A stretch of DNA of 64,000 bases from an uncultured Acidobacteriota bacterium (GTDB taxonomy: Bacteria; Acidobacteriota; Vicinamibacteria; Fen-336), in NCBI GenBank assembly GCA_963720545.1, contig OY970399.1, positions 2,304,001-2,368,000 on the forward strand. Reading direction: 5' to 3'. The notes under the pieces were generated by a model. That model had not been told where the DNA came from. It did not search any database and saw only the letters and a program-made list of their open reading frames with translations. The position numbers and the translations under genes are program-made. How positions within the stretch are numbered: position 1 is the first letter of the stretch; each line of letters begins with the position of its first letter. Shown here piece after piece: positions 51,079 to 62,093 of this stretch.

Positions 51079-53141
51079 GCGAGGCGCGTCCGATGCTGGT
51101 GCCGCCGCTCACGCCGGAGGCCGCCGCGCGCGCCAACCAGTTGACGCGGCTGCGGCTGATGCTCGTCGGGCTGGCGGCGAGCGCCTGGTGCCTGGTGATC
51201 GTCTTTCGCCTGGTGCAGCTGCAGGTCCTCGACCGCGGCTTTTTCCTGAAGCGCGCCGCCCGCCAGAGCGAGCGCACCATCAACCTCGACCCGCGCCGCG
51301 GACCGATCCTCGACCGCAACGGCCGCTCGCTGGCGGTGTCGGTCGACGCCGAGAGCGTCTACGCCGTGCCGCAGGACGTCGAGCGCCCGGTGCAGACGGC
51401 GGCGGCGCTGGCGCAGGCGCTGGGACTCACCGGGCAGGAGCGCGGCGAGGTGCTGGAGCAGCTGCGCAAGACCCGCGGCTTCGTCTGGATCAAGCGCAAG
51501 GTCGATCCGGCGCGGGCGCGCGCGGTGCGCGAGGCGCAGCTCGAAGGCGTCGGCCTGCTCACCGAGAACCGCCGCTACTATCCGAAGCGCGAGCTGGCGG
51601 CGCAGGTGCTGGGCTACGTCGGCATCGACAACGCCGGCATGAGCGGCGTCGAGTACGCGCTCGACCGGGACATCCGCGGCCACGCCGCGAAGGTGGTGGT
51701 CGAAACCGATGCGCGCCGCCGGCCGCTGAGCCACGTCGAGAAGCCCTCGACGGACGGCGCCACCATCACGCTCACCATCGACGAGGCGCTGCAGCACATC
51801 GCCGAAACCGAGCTCGACCGCGCGATGGACGAGACGCACGCGCTCACCGGGATGGTGGTGGTCATGGATCCGGTGACCGGCGAGGTGCTGGCGCTCGCCA
51901 ACCGGCCGACCTTCAACCCCAACCGCTTCGCCGACTTCACCAGCGCGGGCTGGCGCAACCGCGCGGTCGCCGATGCCTACGAGCCCGGCAGCATCTTCAA
52001 GATCGTGGCGGCAGCCGGCGCGCTGCAGGAGCAGGTGGCCGAGCCCGGGGAGATCATCGACTGCGGCGACGGCCACATCGAGATCGGCGGCGTGCGCATC
52101 AACGACCACAAGGTGTTCCACCGGCTGTCGTTCCAGGACGTGGTCGCCGAGTCGAGCGACATCGGCACCATCCGGCTGGCGCAGCGCCTCGGGCGCGAGA
52201 ACTTCAACCGCTACATGCGCGACTTCGGCTTCGGCGTGCCCACCGGCATCGAGCTGCCGGGCGAGTCGCCGGGCCTGCTGAAGCCGCTGGCGCGCTGGGG
52301 CAGCCTGTCGCTCGCCGTGATGTCGTTCGGCCAGGAGATGGCGGTGACCGGGGTGCAGATGGCCGCCGCCACCGCCGCGGTCGCGAACGGCGGCCGCCTG
52401 ATGAAGCCGCAGATCCTGCAGCGGGTCGCCGACAAGGACGGCCGCGTGCTGCGCGAGTTCCAGCCCGCGGTAGTGCGCGAGTTCCTGCAGCCGCGCACCG
52501 TCTCGCTGCTCACCGACATGCTGGTGCGGGTCGTGACCGACGGGACCGGCAAGCGCGCCGCGGTCGCGGGCTACACGGTCGCCGGCAAGACCGGCACCGC
52601 GCAGAAAATCGATCCGCGCACCCGCGCCTACTCGGCCACCGACCATGTTGCCTCGTTCGTCGGCTTCGTGCCGGTGGCGCAGCCGGCGCTCGTCATCGTC
52701 ACGACGCTCGACTCGCCGCGCGGCCAGTACCACGGCGGCGAGGTGGCGGCGCCGCTGTTCGCGCGCGTCGCCGAAGCGTCGCTGCGGCGGCTCGCGATAC
52801 CGCCGGACGACCCGCTGCGCCGGCTGCGGGTGCGCGAGCCGAGCCCGCTGCGTGAAGCCGCCTACCATCCTCCCGCGCCGCTCGTGGCGCCCGCGCCCGT
52901 TGCGATCGGCGACGGCGCCGCGCTGATGCCCGACCTGCGCGGCCTCTCGGCGCGCGACGCGGCGCTCGCCGCCGCCCGCCTCGGCCTCATCGTCAGGCTG
53001 CGCGGCACGGGCAGGGTCGCGGCGCAGGTGCCGCAGCCGGGCGAGGAGGTCGCGGCTGGTGCCGCCTGCTCGTTGCTCCTCGGCGACGCCGCAGCGCCCG
53101 GTGCCGTGGCAGGAACCGCGGCCGACGGGACGCTTCGTTGA
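51075..53141 (+). CDS. ftsI: Penicillin-binding protein 3 with PASTA domain
   Basis: RGPILDRNG, EPGSIFK, KTGTAQK, C-terminal MPDLRG. Confidence 0.93.
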   Translation: MSEARPMLVPPLTPEAAARANQLTRLRLMLVGLAASAWCLVIVFRLVQLQVLDRGFFLKRAARQSERTINLDPRRGPILDRNGRSLAVSVDAESVYAVPQDVERPVQTAAALAQALGLTGQERGEVLEQLRKTRGFVWIKRKVDPARARAVREAQLEGVGLLTENRRYYPKRELAAQVLGYVGIDNAGMSGVEYALDRDIRGHAAKVVVETDARRRPLSHVEKPSTDGATITLTIDEALQHIAETELDRAMDETHALTGMVVVMDPVTGEVLALANRPTFNPNRFADFTSAGWRNRAVADAYEPGSIFKIVAAAGALQEQVAEPGEIIDCGDGHIEIGGVRINDHKVFHRLSFQDVVAESSDIGTIRLAQRLGRENFNRYMRDFGFGVPTGIELPGESPGLLKPLARWGSLSLAVMSFGQEMAVTGVQMAAATAAVANGGRLMKPQILQRVADKDGRVLREFQPAVVREFLQPRTVSLLTDMLVRVVTDGTGKRAAVAGYTVAGKTGTAQKIDPRTRAYSATDHVASFVGFVPVAQPALVIVTTLDSPRGQYHGGEVAAPLFARVAEASLRRLAIPPDDPLRRLRVREPSPLREAAYHPPAPLVAPAPVAIGDGAALMPDLRGLSARDAALAAARLGLIVRLRGTGRVAAQVPQPGEEVAAGAACSLLLGDAAAPGAVAGTAADGTLR

Positions 53142-54628
53142 GGCTCGACGCCCTGGCGGCGCGGCTTCGGGGCGCCGAACTCTCCGGTGACGGTGCCGCC
53201 GAAGTCGACATCCGCCAGGTGGCCCACGACTCGCGCGGCGTCAAGCCTGGCGCCTTGTTCGTCGCCATTCGCGGCCTGCTGGCGGACGGCAACGACTTCA
53301 TAGACCAGGCGCTGAAGCAAGGCGCCGTGGCGATCTGCTCGGAGGCGCCGGCCCGCCCCGGCGTCGCGTGGCTGCGCGCCCCCGACGCGCGCGAGGCGCT
53401 GGCGCTGCTCGCGGCCGAGTTCTTCGTGCGTCCCGCCGAGGCGCTGCGCCTCGTCGGGGTGACGGGAACCAACGGCAAGACCACGACCACTTACCTGATA
53501 GAGGCGGCGCTGCGCGAATGCGGCCAGAAGGCGGGGCTGATCGGCACCATCCAGTACCGGATCGGCGGCAGCTTGTGGGAGTCCGAGCGCACCACTCCGG
53601 AATCGTCCGACCTGCAGGCGCTGTTCGCGCGCATGCGCGACGCTGCCTGCAGCCACGTGGTGATGGAGGTGTCCTCGCACGCGCTGGTCATGAAGCGCCT
53701 GGTCGGCACCACCTTCGCGGTCGCGGTGTTTACCAACCTGACCCGCGACCACCTCGATTTCCACGGCGACATGGATTCGTACTTCGCCGCCAAGCAGCTG
53801 CTGTTCGACACCTACCTGCGCAGCGACGGCGTCGCCGTGATCAACGCCGACGACGACCGCGCCGCTCTGCTGCAAAAGCGCAGCCGCGGCCGGGTGCTCA
53901 CCTACGGCATCGAGAAGGCTGCCGAGGTGCGCGCGCACGACCTGGTTCTGAGCCTCGACGGCGCGCGCTTCACCGCGCGCACGCCGCAGGGCGACGTCGA
54001 GATCGCGAGCCCGCTGCTCGGCCGTTTCAACGTCCACAACGTGCTGGCGGCGCTCGCCGCTTCGCTGGCGCTGGGCCTGCCGCTCGCGGCCGCGGCGCGC
54101 GGCATCACTTCGGTCAGCGGCGTCGCGGGGCGCATGGAGCGGGTGGCGGCGCCCGATCTCGGCTTCGCGGTGATCGTCGACTACGCCCATACCGACGACG
54201 CGCTGCGCAAGCTGCTCGAGACGGTGCGCGACCTGAAGCCACGCCGCGTCATCACCGTGTTCGGCTGCGGCGGCGACCGCGACCGCAGCAAACGGCCGCT
54301 GATGGGCGCGGTTGCCGGGCGCCTTTCCGATATTGTCGTCATCACCTCCGACAACCCACGCAGCGAACCGCCCGAGGCGATCATCGACGAAATCCAGAAG
54401 GGCATCAACGGCGGCTCGCGCGCGGTCGAGCGCTTCGCCATCGTCGACCGCCGCGAGGCGATTGCGAAGGCGCTGGAGCTGGCGCGCGCCGGCGACGCCG
54501 TGGTGCTGGCCGGCAAGGGCCACGAGACCTACCAGGTGCTGCGCGACCGCCAGGTGCCGTTCGACGACCGGCAGGTGGCGAAGGACGTGCTGAACCGCCT
54601 CGCCGACGGGCGCAGGGCAAAGGCGTGA
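53138..54628 (+). CDS. murE: UDP-MurNAc-tripeptide synthetase (meso-DAP type)
   Basis: GTNGKTT, EVSSH, DYAHT, DNPR, GKGHE. Confidence 0.95.
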   Translation: MRLDALAARLRGAELSGDGAAEVDIRQVAHDSRGVKPGALFVAIRGLLADGNDFIDQALKQGAVAICSEAPARPGVAWLRAPDAREALALLAAEFFVRPAEALRLVGVTGTNGKTTTTYLIEAALRECGQKAGLIGTIQYRIGGSLWESERTTPESSDLQALFARMRDAACSHVVMEVSSHALVMKRLVGTTFAVAVFTNLTRDHLDFHGDMDSYFAAKQLLFDTYLRSDGVAVINADDDRAALLQKRSRGRVLTYGIEKAAEVRAHDLVLSLDGARFTARTPQGDVEIASPLLGRFNVHNVLAALAASLALGLPLAAAARGITSVSGVAGRMERVAAPDLGFAVIVDYAHTDDALRKLLETVRDLKPRRVITVFGCGGDRDRSKRPLMGAVAGRLSDIVVITSDNPRSEPPEAIIDEIQKGINGGSRAVERFAIVDRREAIAKALELARAGDAVVLAGKGHETYQVLRDRQVPFDDRQVAKDVLNRLADGRRAKA

Positions 54629-56037
54629 TGGGTGGCATCGCGACCTTGAGAGCGACCCTCGGCATCGACGACATCCTCCAGGGCACCGGCGGCCGCCTCG
54701 CAGGCGCGGGTGCCGCGGCGCCGCCGGCGAGCGGGGTCTCGATCGATTCGCGCACGGTGGCGCGCGGCGAGGTGTTCTTCGCGATTCGCGGCCCGAACTT
54801 CGACGGCCACCGGTTCACCGCCGAAGCCGCGGCGCGTGGTGCCCGCATGCTGGTCATCGCGGACGAGTCGGCAGCGGTCGCCGCGCTGCCGTCGGTGGTG
54901 GTGAAGGACACGACACTCGCGCTTGGCGACCTGGCGCGGCACTTCCGCCTCGCCGCCGGCATTCCGGTGGTGGGCATCACCGGATCGATGGGCAAGACGA
55001 CCACCAAGGAAATGACCGCGGCGATGCTGGAAACGCGCGCTCCGGTGCTGCGCACCCAGGGCAACCTCAACAACCGCTTCGGGCTGCCGCTCTCGATCCT
55101 GCGGCTCGGCGCGAACGACTCTGCGGCGGTCCTCGAGATGGGCATGTCGGCGGCCGGTGAGATGCGCGAGCTGTCCGGCATCGCCCGGCCCGACGTCGCG
55201 GTCATCACCAACGTGGCACCGGTGCACCTCGAGTTTTTCGCTTCGCTCGACGCGATCGCAGCCGCCAAGGCCGAGATCCTCGAGGGCCTGCAGCCGGGCG
55301 GCGTGGCGGTGCTGAACGGGGACGACCCGCGGCTGCGCGCGGTGGGCGAGCGTCACCGGGGCCCGGTCATCTGGTTCGGCAAGCAGCGCGCCTTCGCGGT
55401 GTGCGGAGAGAACTGGCGCGGCACCACCCGCGGCATGCGCTTCGACCTGCGCATCGGCGGCGAGACCGTGGACATCGCGCTGCCGTTCGCCGGCATCCAC
55501 TTCATGCACAACTTCCTTGCGGCAGCGGCCGCGGCCCACCATCTCGGCATCGCCCCGGCGCAGATCGCGGCGGCGGCGCCCGAGCTCTCGCCCGGAGCGC
55601 ACCGCGGCCGGGTGCTGCGGCTGCGCGGCGCGGTGACGCTCGTCGACGACTGCTACAACTCCAATCCGCAGGCGCTGGTCGCCGCGGTCGCGACCCTGGG
55701 ACTGCAGACGAGCGCGCGGCGCGTGGCGTTCGTCGGCGACATGCTCGAACTCGGCGCGCGCGCCGCCGAGCTGCACCGCGCGGCCGGCGAGAGCGTTGCC
55801 GACAAACTCGAGGTGGTGGTGGCGGTGGGGCCGCTCGCGGCGGAGTTTCTTGCCGGCGCTGTCGCGGGCAACCCGGCCCTCAAGGGACACGCGTTCGCAA
55901 CCGCTGCCGCGGCCGCGCAGGCCGCGAACGACATCGTCGTCGACGGCGACGCGGTGCTCGTCAAGGGTTCACGCAGCGTGCGCATGGAAGCGATCGTCAA
56001 CGCCCTGGTCGCGCACCGGGGAAGGACCGAGGTGTGA
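54628..56037 (+). CDS. murF: UDP-MurNAc-pentapeptide synthetase
   Basis: GSMGKTTTKE, EMGM, DCYNSNP, GDMLELG, KGSR. Confidence 0.95.
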   Translation: MGGIATLRATLGIDDILQGTGGRLAGAGAAAPPASGVSIDSRTVARGEVFFAIRGPNFDGHRFTAEAAARGARMLVIADESAAVAALPSVVVKDTTLALGDLARHFRLAAGIPVVGITGSMGKTTTKEMTAAMLETRAPVLRTQGNLNNRFGLPLSILRLGANDSAAVLEMGMSAAGEMRELSGIARPDVAVITNVAPVHLEFFASLDAIAAAKAEILEGLQPGGVAVLNGDDPRLRAVGERHRGPVIWFGKQRAFAVCGENWRGTTRGMRFDLRIGGETVDIALPFAGIHFMHNFLAAAAAAHHLGIAPAQIAAAAPELSPGAHRGRVLRLRGAVTLVDDCYNSNPQALVAAVATLGLQTSARRVAFVGDMLELGARAAELHRAAGESVADKLEVVVAVGPLAAEFLAGAVAGNPALKGHAFATAAAAAQAANDIVVDGDAVLVKGSRSVRMEAIVNALVAHRGRTEV

Positions 56038-56040
56038 GCC

Positions 56041-57132
56041 TTGCTCTACCACCTCATCTACGCGCTGCGCAACGACGTGGCCGGTGCCGGAGTCGTCCGC
56101 TACATCACCGTGCGCACCGCGGTCGCCAGCCTGACGGCTCTGTTTCTGGTGCTGTTCCTCGGGCCGTTCATGATCGAGCGGCTGCGCCGGCTGCAGATCG
56201 GCCAGTACATCCGCGCCGAGGGGCCGCAGGCGCACCAGGTGAAGGCCGGCACGCCGACCATGGGCGGGCTGCTGATCATCGCCGGCATCGTCATCCCGAC
56301 GCTCCTCTGGGGCGACCTCACCAGCCGCCACGTCTGGCTGCTGATCTTCGCGACGCTGGGGTTTGGCGCGATCGGCTTCACCGACGATTACCTGAAGACG
56401 GTGCGCAAGCAGAACCTCGGCCTGCCGGGCCGCACCAAGCTGCTGCTCACCATCGGCATCGGCGTGGTGCTGGGCGGCGTCCTCTATCTCGAGTCGCGCG
56501 TCGACCCGACCCAGTACTCGACGCGGCTGGTGGTGCCGTTCTTCAAGAACATGATGCCGGAGCTGGGCGCCTTCTACATCCTGTTCGCGACCGCGGTGCT
56601 GATCGGCTCGAGCCATGCGGTGAACGTCACCGACGGCCTCGACGGGCTGGCCATCGGCTCGACGCTCATTGCCGCCGCCGCCTTCACCGGCCTCACCTAC
56701 GTCACCGGCCACCGCAAGCTCTCGGAGTACCTCGACCTGTTGTTCCTGCCTGGCGCCGCGGAAGTGACGATCTTCTGCGGCGCGATGGTGGGCGCCGCCA
56801 TCGGCTTCCTGTGGTGGAACTGCTATCCCGCGCAGGTTTTCATGGGCGACACCGGCAGCCTGGCGCTCGGCGGCGCGCTCGGCACGGTGGCGGTCCTCAT
56901 CAAGCAGGAGCTGCTGCTGTTCTCGGTGGGCGGCCTGTTCGTGCTCGAGGCGCTGTCGGTGATCGTCCAGGTGGGCTCCTACAAGCTGCGCGGCAAACGC
57001 GTCTTCCGCATGGCGCCGCTGCATCACCACTTCGAGCTGGTCGGCTGGAAGGAGCCGCAGATCATCATCCGCTTCTGGATCGTGGCGTTCATCTTCGCGC
57101 TGTTCAGCCTGACCACAATCAAGCTGAGATAG
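56041..57132 (+). CDS. mraY: Phospho-MurNAc-pentapeptide transferase
   Basis: KAGTPTMGG, DDY, TDGLDGL, FMGDTGS, MAPLHHHFE. Confidence 0.96.
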   Translation: MLYHLIYALRNDVAGAGVVRYITVRTAVASLTALFLVLFLGPFMIERLRRLQIGQYIRAEGPQAHQVKAGTPTMGGLLIIAGIVIPTLLWGDLTSRHVWLLIFATLGFGAIGFTDDYLKTVRKQNLGLPGRTKLLLTIGIGVVLGGVLYLESRVDPTQYSTRLVVPFFKNMMPELGAFYILFATAVLIGSSHAVNVTDGLDGLAIGSTLIAAAAFTGLTYVTGHRKLSEYLDLLFLPGAAEVTIFCGAMVGAAIGFLWWNCYPAQVFMGDTGSLALGGALGTVAVLIKQELLLFSVGGLFVLEALSVIVQVGSYKLRGKRVFRMAPLHHHFELVGWKEPQIIIRFWIVAFIFALFSLTTIKLR

Positions 57133-57147
57133 GCGAGTGAGGAGTCC

Positions 57148-58551
57148 TTGGAGCTTCGCGGCAAGCGCGTGGTCGTCGTCGGGTTGGCGCGGTCGGGCAT
57201 CGCGGCGGCGCGCGAACTCGTGGCCCGCGGCGCGCACGTCACGGCGCTCGACCGCAAGCGCGCCGCGGAGCTGGCGGCGGAAGCCATGAGCCTGCAAGCG
57301 GCGGGAGTGACGCTGCGGCTCGGCGGCGAAGGCGGCGACGTGCTGCGCCAGGCCGACCTCGTCGTGGTGTCGCCCGGCGTGCCGTGGATGCTCGGCGAAC
57401 TCGTGGACGCGCGCGCCTTGGTGCCGATGATCGGCGAGCTGGAGCTCGGCGCGCGCCTGCTGCGCGGCAGCATCGCGGCGATCACCGGCACCAAGGGCAA
57501 GTCGACGACCACGGCGGCGCTGGGCGCGATGCTGCGCGCCGGCCGCGCCCGGGCCGACGTGCGCGTCGGCGGCAACATCGGCAAGGCGCTCACCGAACTC
57601 ATCGCCGGCTCCAATGACGACACGCTGTTCGTGGTCGAGGCCTCGAGCTTCCAGCTGCAGGCAACCAGCGGCTTTCATCCGCGGCTCGCGGTGTTCCTGA
57701 ACCTCACGCCGGACCATCTCGACCAGCACCGCGACTTCGACGAGTACCAGGGCGCCAAGGCGCGCATCTTCGCCAATCAGCAGTCGTCGGACTTCGCGGT
57801 GGTGAATGCCGACGACCCCGCGGTGCTGCGCGCCGCACAGGCCGGGCGGGCGCGCATCGTGACCTTCACGGACTCCGGCACGCCGCCGCCGCCCGGCGGC
57901 GACGGCGCGTGGTTCCAGGGCGACCGCGCCATGCTGCGGCTGAGAGGCAGCGATGCCGACGACCAACAGCTGTTCCTGCGCTCGTCGCTCAGGCTGCGCG
58001 GCAGCCACCTGGCGCAGGACCTCCTGGCCGCGGCCACAGCCGCCCGCATCCTGGGCGCGGCGCCGCAAAACATCGCCGCTGCGGTGGCCGACTTCCGCGG
58101 CGCCGAGCATGTCCTGGAAGACGCGGGATCGCTCGGTGCCGTGGCGTTCGTCAACGACTCGAAGGCGACCAACGTCGCCGCTGCCAAGCGCAGCCTGGAG
58201 GCCTTCGATGGCCCGCTGGCGGTGATCCTCGGCGGCCGCCACAAGGGCGGCGACTTCGCCGAGCTGCTGCCGTATCTCGAGCGCGCCGACCGCACGGTCA
58301 TCGCCATCGGCGAGGCGCGCGTGCGCATCGTCGCCGACCTCGGCAAGCGCGCCATGGTCGTCGCCGCCGATTCGATGGACGAGGCGGTGCGTCTTGGCTA
58401 CGACGCGCTGCGCGGCGCAGCCAGGGGCGGCACGGTGCTGCTGGCGCCGGCCTGCTCATCCTTCGACATGTTCGCGGACTATGCGGCGCGCGGCCGTGCC
58501 TTCAAGGACGCGGTCGCGGCGCTGCGCGAGGCGCACCTTCACCATGGCTAG
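57148..58551 (+). CDS. murD: UDP-MurNAc-L-Ala-D-Glu ligase
   Basis: VSPG, GTKGKSTT, SSFQL, NDSKATN, PACSSFDMF. Confidence 0.94.
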   Translation: MELRGKRVVVVGLARSGIAAARELVARGAHVTALDRKRAAELAAEAMSLQAAGVTLRLGGEGGDVLRQADLVVVSPGVPWMLGELVDARALVPMIGELELGARLLRGSIAAITGTKGKSTTTAALGAMLRAGRARADVRVGGNIGKALTELIAGSNDDTLFVVEASSFQLQATSGFHPRLAVFLNLTPDHLDQHRDFDEYQGAKARIFANQQSSDFAVVNADDPAVLRAAQAGRARIVTFTDSGTPPPPGGDGAWFQGDRAMLRLRGSDADDQQLFLRSSLRLRGSHLAQDLLAAATAARILGAAPQNIAAAVADFRGAEHVLEDAGSLGAVAFVNDSKATNVAAAKRSLEAFDGPLAVILGGRHKGGDFAELLPYLERADRTVIAIGEARVRIVADLGKRAMVVAADSMDEAVRLGYDALRGAARGGTVLLAPACSSFDMFADYAARGRAFKDAVAALREAHLHHG

Positions 58552-59635
58552 GCGCCTCGCCGCCGACCTGCAGCTGCAGATCACGACCGCCGTGCTGGTC
58601 GGCACCGGCCTGGTGATGGTGTGGAGCGCGTCCTCGCCGCTCGCCCACGAGACGCAAGGCAGTGCCTACTATTTCTTCCTGCGCCAGGCGCTGTGGGCGG
58701 CCATCGGCCTCGCGGCGATGGTTGCCATCACGCGCCTCGACTACCGCCTGCTCAAGCAGCCGAAGGTGGTCTACGGCGCTGCCGGCATCACCATGGCGTG
58801 CCTGGTGCTGGTGCTGTTCCTGCCGGCGGTGAACGGCCACCACCGGTGGATCAGGCTCGGGCCGCTGTCGTTCCAGCCGGCCGAGCTCGCGAAGATCACG
58901 ACAGCGCTGTACATGGCGTACTTCATCGACCGCAAGCGCCAGCAGATCAACGAATTCCTGCCGGCGCTGCTGCCGGCGCTGATGTTCCTCGGCTGGTTCG
59001 GCTTCCTGATCTTCATCCAGTCCGACCTCGGCAGCGCCGCGGTCGTGATCTTCATCGGCGTTTCCATGCTGTTCCTCGCCGGCGTCAAGCTGCGCTATTT
59101 CGCGGCGCTCATCGGGCTCGGCATCCCGGTGCTCTACGAAGCCATCATGATGGCGGCGTACCGGCGCGACCGCATCGGCGCCTTCCTCGACCCGTGGTCG
59201 GATGCACGCGGCTCCGGCTACCAGATCATCCAGAGCCTGATCGCCGTCGGCACCGGCGGCATCACCGGCGTCGGCCTCATGGAAGGCCGGCAGAAGCTCT
59301 TCTACCTGCCCTATCCCTTCAGCGACTTCGTGTTCGCCGTGATCGGCGAGGAGCTGGGCCTCATCGGCGCGGTGCTGCTGGTCTTCGGCTTCCTGTTCTT
59401 CCTGTGGCGCGGCATCCGTGCGGCGTTCCGCGCGCCGGATCCCTTCGCCATGTTCCTCGCGGCCGGCCTCAGCGTCGCCATCGTTTCGCAGGCGCTCATC
59501 AACATCAGCGTGGTGCTCGGCCTGCTGCCCACCAAGGGCATCCCGCTGCCGTTCATCAGCGCCGGCGGCTCGTCGCTGCTCTTCACCCTGGTCGGCGTGG
59601 GGCTGATCCTGAATGTTTCCCAGCATGCGGACTGA
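58544..59635 (+). CDS. ftsW: SEDS peptidoglycan polymerase FtsW
   Basis: RWI.LG..SFQPAE, GYQIIQSL, DFVFAVIGEELG, PFISAGGSS. Confidence 0.95.
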   Translation: MARRLAADLQLQITTAVLVGTGLVMVWSASSPLAHETQGSAYYFFLRQALWAAIGLAAMVAITRLDYRLLKQPKVVYGAAGITMACLVLVLFLPAVNGHHRWIRLGPLSFQPAELAKITTALYMAYFIDRKRQQINEFLPALLPALMFLGWFGFLIFIQSDLGSAAVVIFIGVSMLFLAGVKLRYFAALIGLGIPVLYEAIMMAAYRRDRIGAFLDPWSDARGSGYQIIQSLIAVGTGGITGVGLMEGRQKLFYLPYPFSDFVFAVIGEELGLIGAVLLVFGFLFFLWRGIRAAFRAPDPFAMFLAAGLSVAIVSQALINISVVLGLLPTKGIPLPFISAGGSSLLFTLVGVGLILNVSQHAD

Positions 59636-59644
59636 GGAGGAAAA

Positions 59645-60724
59645 GTGCCACGCACGTTCCTCATCGCCGCCGGCGGGACGGGCGGCCACCTGTTTCCCGG
59701 CATCGCCGTCGCCGACGAGCTGCGCCGCCGCCATCCCGATTGCGAAATCGCCTTCGCCGGCACCAGCCGCGGCCTCGAGACGCGGCTGGTGCCGCGCGCG
59801 GGCTATGCGCTGCGGGTGCTGCCGATCCTGCCGCTCAACGGCGTCGGCCTCGGCCGCTTCCTCCTCGGTGTGGCGGCGCTGCCGTTCGGCCTCGCCAGCG
59901 CGGCGCTGCTCGTGCTGCGCTCGCGGCCGGACGCGGTGCTGGGCGTCGGCGGCTATGCCGGCGGGCCGGTGGTGCTCGTCGCATCGCTCTTCGGGGCGCG
60001 CACGGTGATCCTCGAACCGAACGCGATTCCCGGCTTCACCAACCGCGTGCTGCGGCGCTTCGTCGACGCGGCCGCGTGCGCCTACCAGGAAACGACCGGC
60101 TTCTACGGGCGCAAGGCGCGTGTCACCGGCAACCCGGTGCGCAGCGCGTTCTTCGCGCCGGCTTCATCGACCGCGCCGGCCGCCGCGGGCACTGCGGCGC
60201 TGCTGGTGTTCGGCGGCTCGCAGGGTTCGCAGGTGCTGAACGACGCTGTGGTGGCTGCGCTCGGCGCGCTGCCGGGGGCCGAACGGCTGCAAATCGTCCA
60301 CCAGACCGGCGCGCGCATGCGCGATTCGGTCGCCGCCGCGTATGCGGCCGCGGACCGGCCGGCCGAGGTCGTGGCATTCCTCGACGACATGCCGCAGCGG
60401 CTGCGCCAGGCGGACCTCGTGGTGTCGCGCAGCGGCGCCACCACCTGCGCCGAGCTGTGTGCGGCGGGGCGGGCCGCGGTGCTGGTGCCGTTCGCGGCCG
60501 CCGCCGACGATCACCAGAAGACCAACGCGCTCGCGATGGTGCGCAAGGACGCGGCGCTGATGGTGGAAGAGAGCGATCTCGGCACCGGCGCCCTCGCGGC
60601 GCGCATCGCGGAACTGGTCGCCGCTCCCGAAGAGCGCGCGCGCCTCGCGCACAACGCTCGCGGCCTGGCGCGTCCCGATGCCGCTGCGCGTGTCGCCGAC
60701 CTGCTGGAGGACGCCGGTGTTTAG
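59645..60724 (+). CDS. murG: Lipid II GlcNAc transferase
   Basis: GGTGGH, GGY, GNPVR, GGSQG, DHQ..NA. Confidence 0.95.
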   Translation: MPRTFLIAAGGTGGHLFPGIAVADELRRRHPDCEIAFAGTSRGLETRLVPRAGYALRVLPILPLNGVGLGRFLLGVAALPFGLASAALLVLRSRPDAVLGVGGYAGGPVVLVASLFGARTVILEPNAIPGFTNRVLRRFVDAAACAYQETTGFYGRKARVTGNPVRSAFFAPASSTAPAAAGTAALLVFGGSQGSQVLNDAVVAALGALPGAERLQIVHQTGARMRDSVAAAYAAADRPAEVVAFLDDMPQRLRQADLVVSRSGATTCAELCAAGRAAVLVPFAAAADDHQKTNALAMVRKDAALMVEESDLGTGALAARIAELVAAPEERARLAHNARGLARPDAAARVADLLEDAGV

Positions 60725-62093
60725 GTCCTTCCAGCACGTGCACTTCGTCGGCATCGGCGGCGCCGGCATGAGCGGCATCGCCGAGGTGCTGCTGAACCTC
60801 GGCTACGTGGTCTCGGGCTCGGACCTGAAGCGCTCGGCGGTCACCGAGCGGCTCGCGGCACTCGGCGCGCGCGTCTACCAAGGCCATCGCGCAGAACAGG
60901 TGCAGGGCGCGCACGTGGTCGTCACCTCCACCGCGGCGCGCGCGGACAACGCCGAGATCGCCGCTGCCCGACAGCTCAATGTGCCGGTGATCCCGCGCGC
61001 CGAGATGCTCGCCGAGCTGATGCGCCTCAAGTACGGCATCGCGGTGGCCGGCAGCCACGGCAAGACCACCACCACCTCGATGGTGGCGCTGGTGCTCGAC
61101 AAGGGCGGGCTCGACCCGACGGTGGTGGTCGGCGGCGTCCTCAACGTGCTGGGCTCGGGCGCGCGGCTCGGCAAGGGCGACTACATGGTGGCGGAGGCCG
61201 ACGAATCGGACCGCTCCTTCCTCAAGCTCACGCCAACCCTCGCGGTGGTCACCAACATCGACCGCGAGCACCTCGACACCTACCGCGACCTGTCCGACAT
61301 CCAGGACGCATTCGTCGGCTTCGTGAACAAGGTGCCGTTCTACGGCACCGCCATCGTCTGCGCCGACGACCCGCCGGTGCGCGCGGTGCTGCCGCGCATC
61401 GAGCGCCGGGTCGTCACCTACGGGCTCTCGGCCGGCTGCCAAACCACGGCGCGCGACCTGCGCGCGGACGGCTTCGGCACGCGCTACACCTGCTCGTGGC
61501 AGGGCGAGACGCTGGGCGAGATCGAGATCCGCGTGCCCGGCGCGCACAACGTGCTCAACTCGCTGGCGGCCGTGGCCGTGGGCCTCGACCTCGATATTCC
61601 GTTCGCCGCGGTGCGCGACGGCCTGCAGGCCTTCACCGGCGTCGATCGCCGCTTCCAGGTGCGCGGCACGCAGAACGGCATCACGGTCATCGACGACTAC
61701 GGCCACCATCCCACGGAGATCCGCGCCACCTTGCAGGCACTGCGCATGCGCGCCGGCAAGGCGCGCACCGTGGTGCTGTTCCAGCCGCATCGCTTCACCC
61801 GCACGCAAGCGCTGTGGCAGGAGTTCTGCACCGCCTTCGCCGCCGCCGACGTGCTGCTGGTGACCGACATCTACCCGGCGAGCGAAGAGCCGATCGCGGG
61901 CATCGACGCGCGCGCGCTCGCGGCGGCGATCGCTGCCGGCGGCCACCGCGATGCGCGCTACGCCGGCGACCTCAAGGCGGCCACCGCGGCGCTGCGCGAG
62001 GAAGTGCGGGAAGGCGATTTCGTGTTGACGCTCGGCGCCGGCAGCGTCTCACGCGCCGGTGAAGAGGTGCTCAGGTCATGGACCCTGCGGTGA
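60717..62093 (+). CDS. murC: UDP-MurNAc-L-Ala ligase
   Basis: [34 protein letters not shown]. Confidence 0.96.
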   Translation: MFRSFQHVHFVGIGGAGMSGIAEVLLNLGYVVSGSDLKRSAVTERLAALGARVYQGHRAEQVQGAHVVVTSTAARADNAEIAAARQLNVPVIPRAEMLAELMRLKYGIAVAGSHGKTTTTSMVALVLDKGGLDPTVVVGGVLNVLGSGARLGKGDYMVAEADESDRSFLKLTPTLAVVTNIDREHLDTYRDLSDIQDAFVGFVNKVPFYGTAIVCADDPPVRAVLPRIERRVVTYGLSAGCQTTARDLRADGFGTRYTCSWQGETLGEIEIRVPGAHNVLNSLAAVAVGLDLDIPFAAVRDGLQAFTGVDRRFQVRGTQNGITVIDDYGHHPTEIRATLQALRMRAGKARTVVLFQPHRFTRTQALWQEFCTAFAAADVLLVTDIYPASEEPIAGIDARALAAAIAAGGHRDARYAGDLKAATAALREEVREGDFVLTLGAGSVSRAGEEVLRSWTLR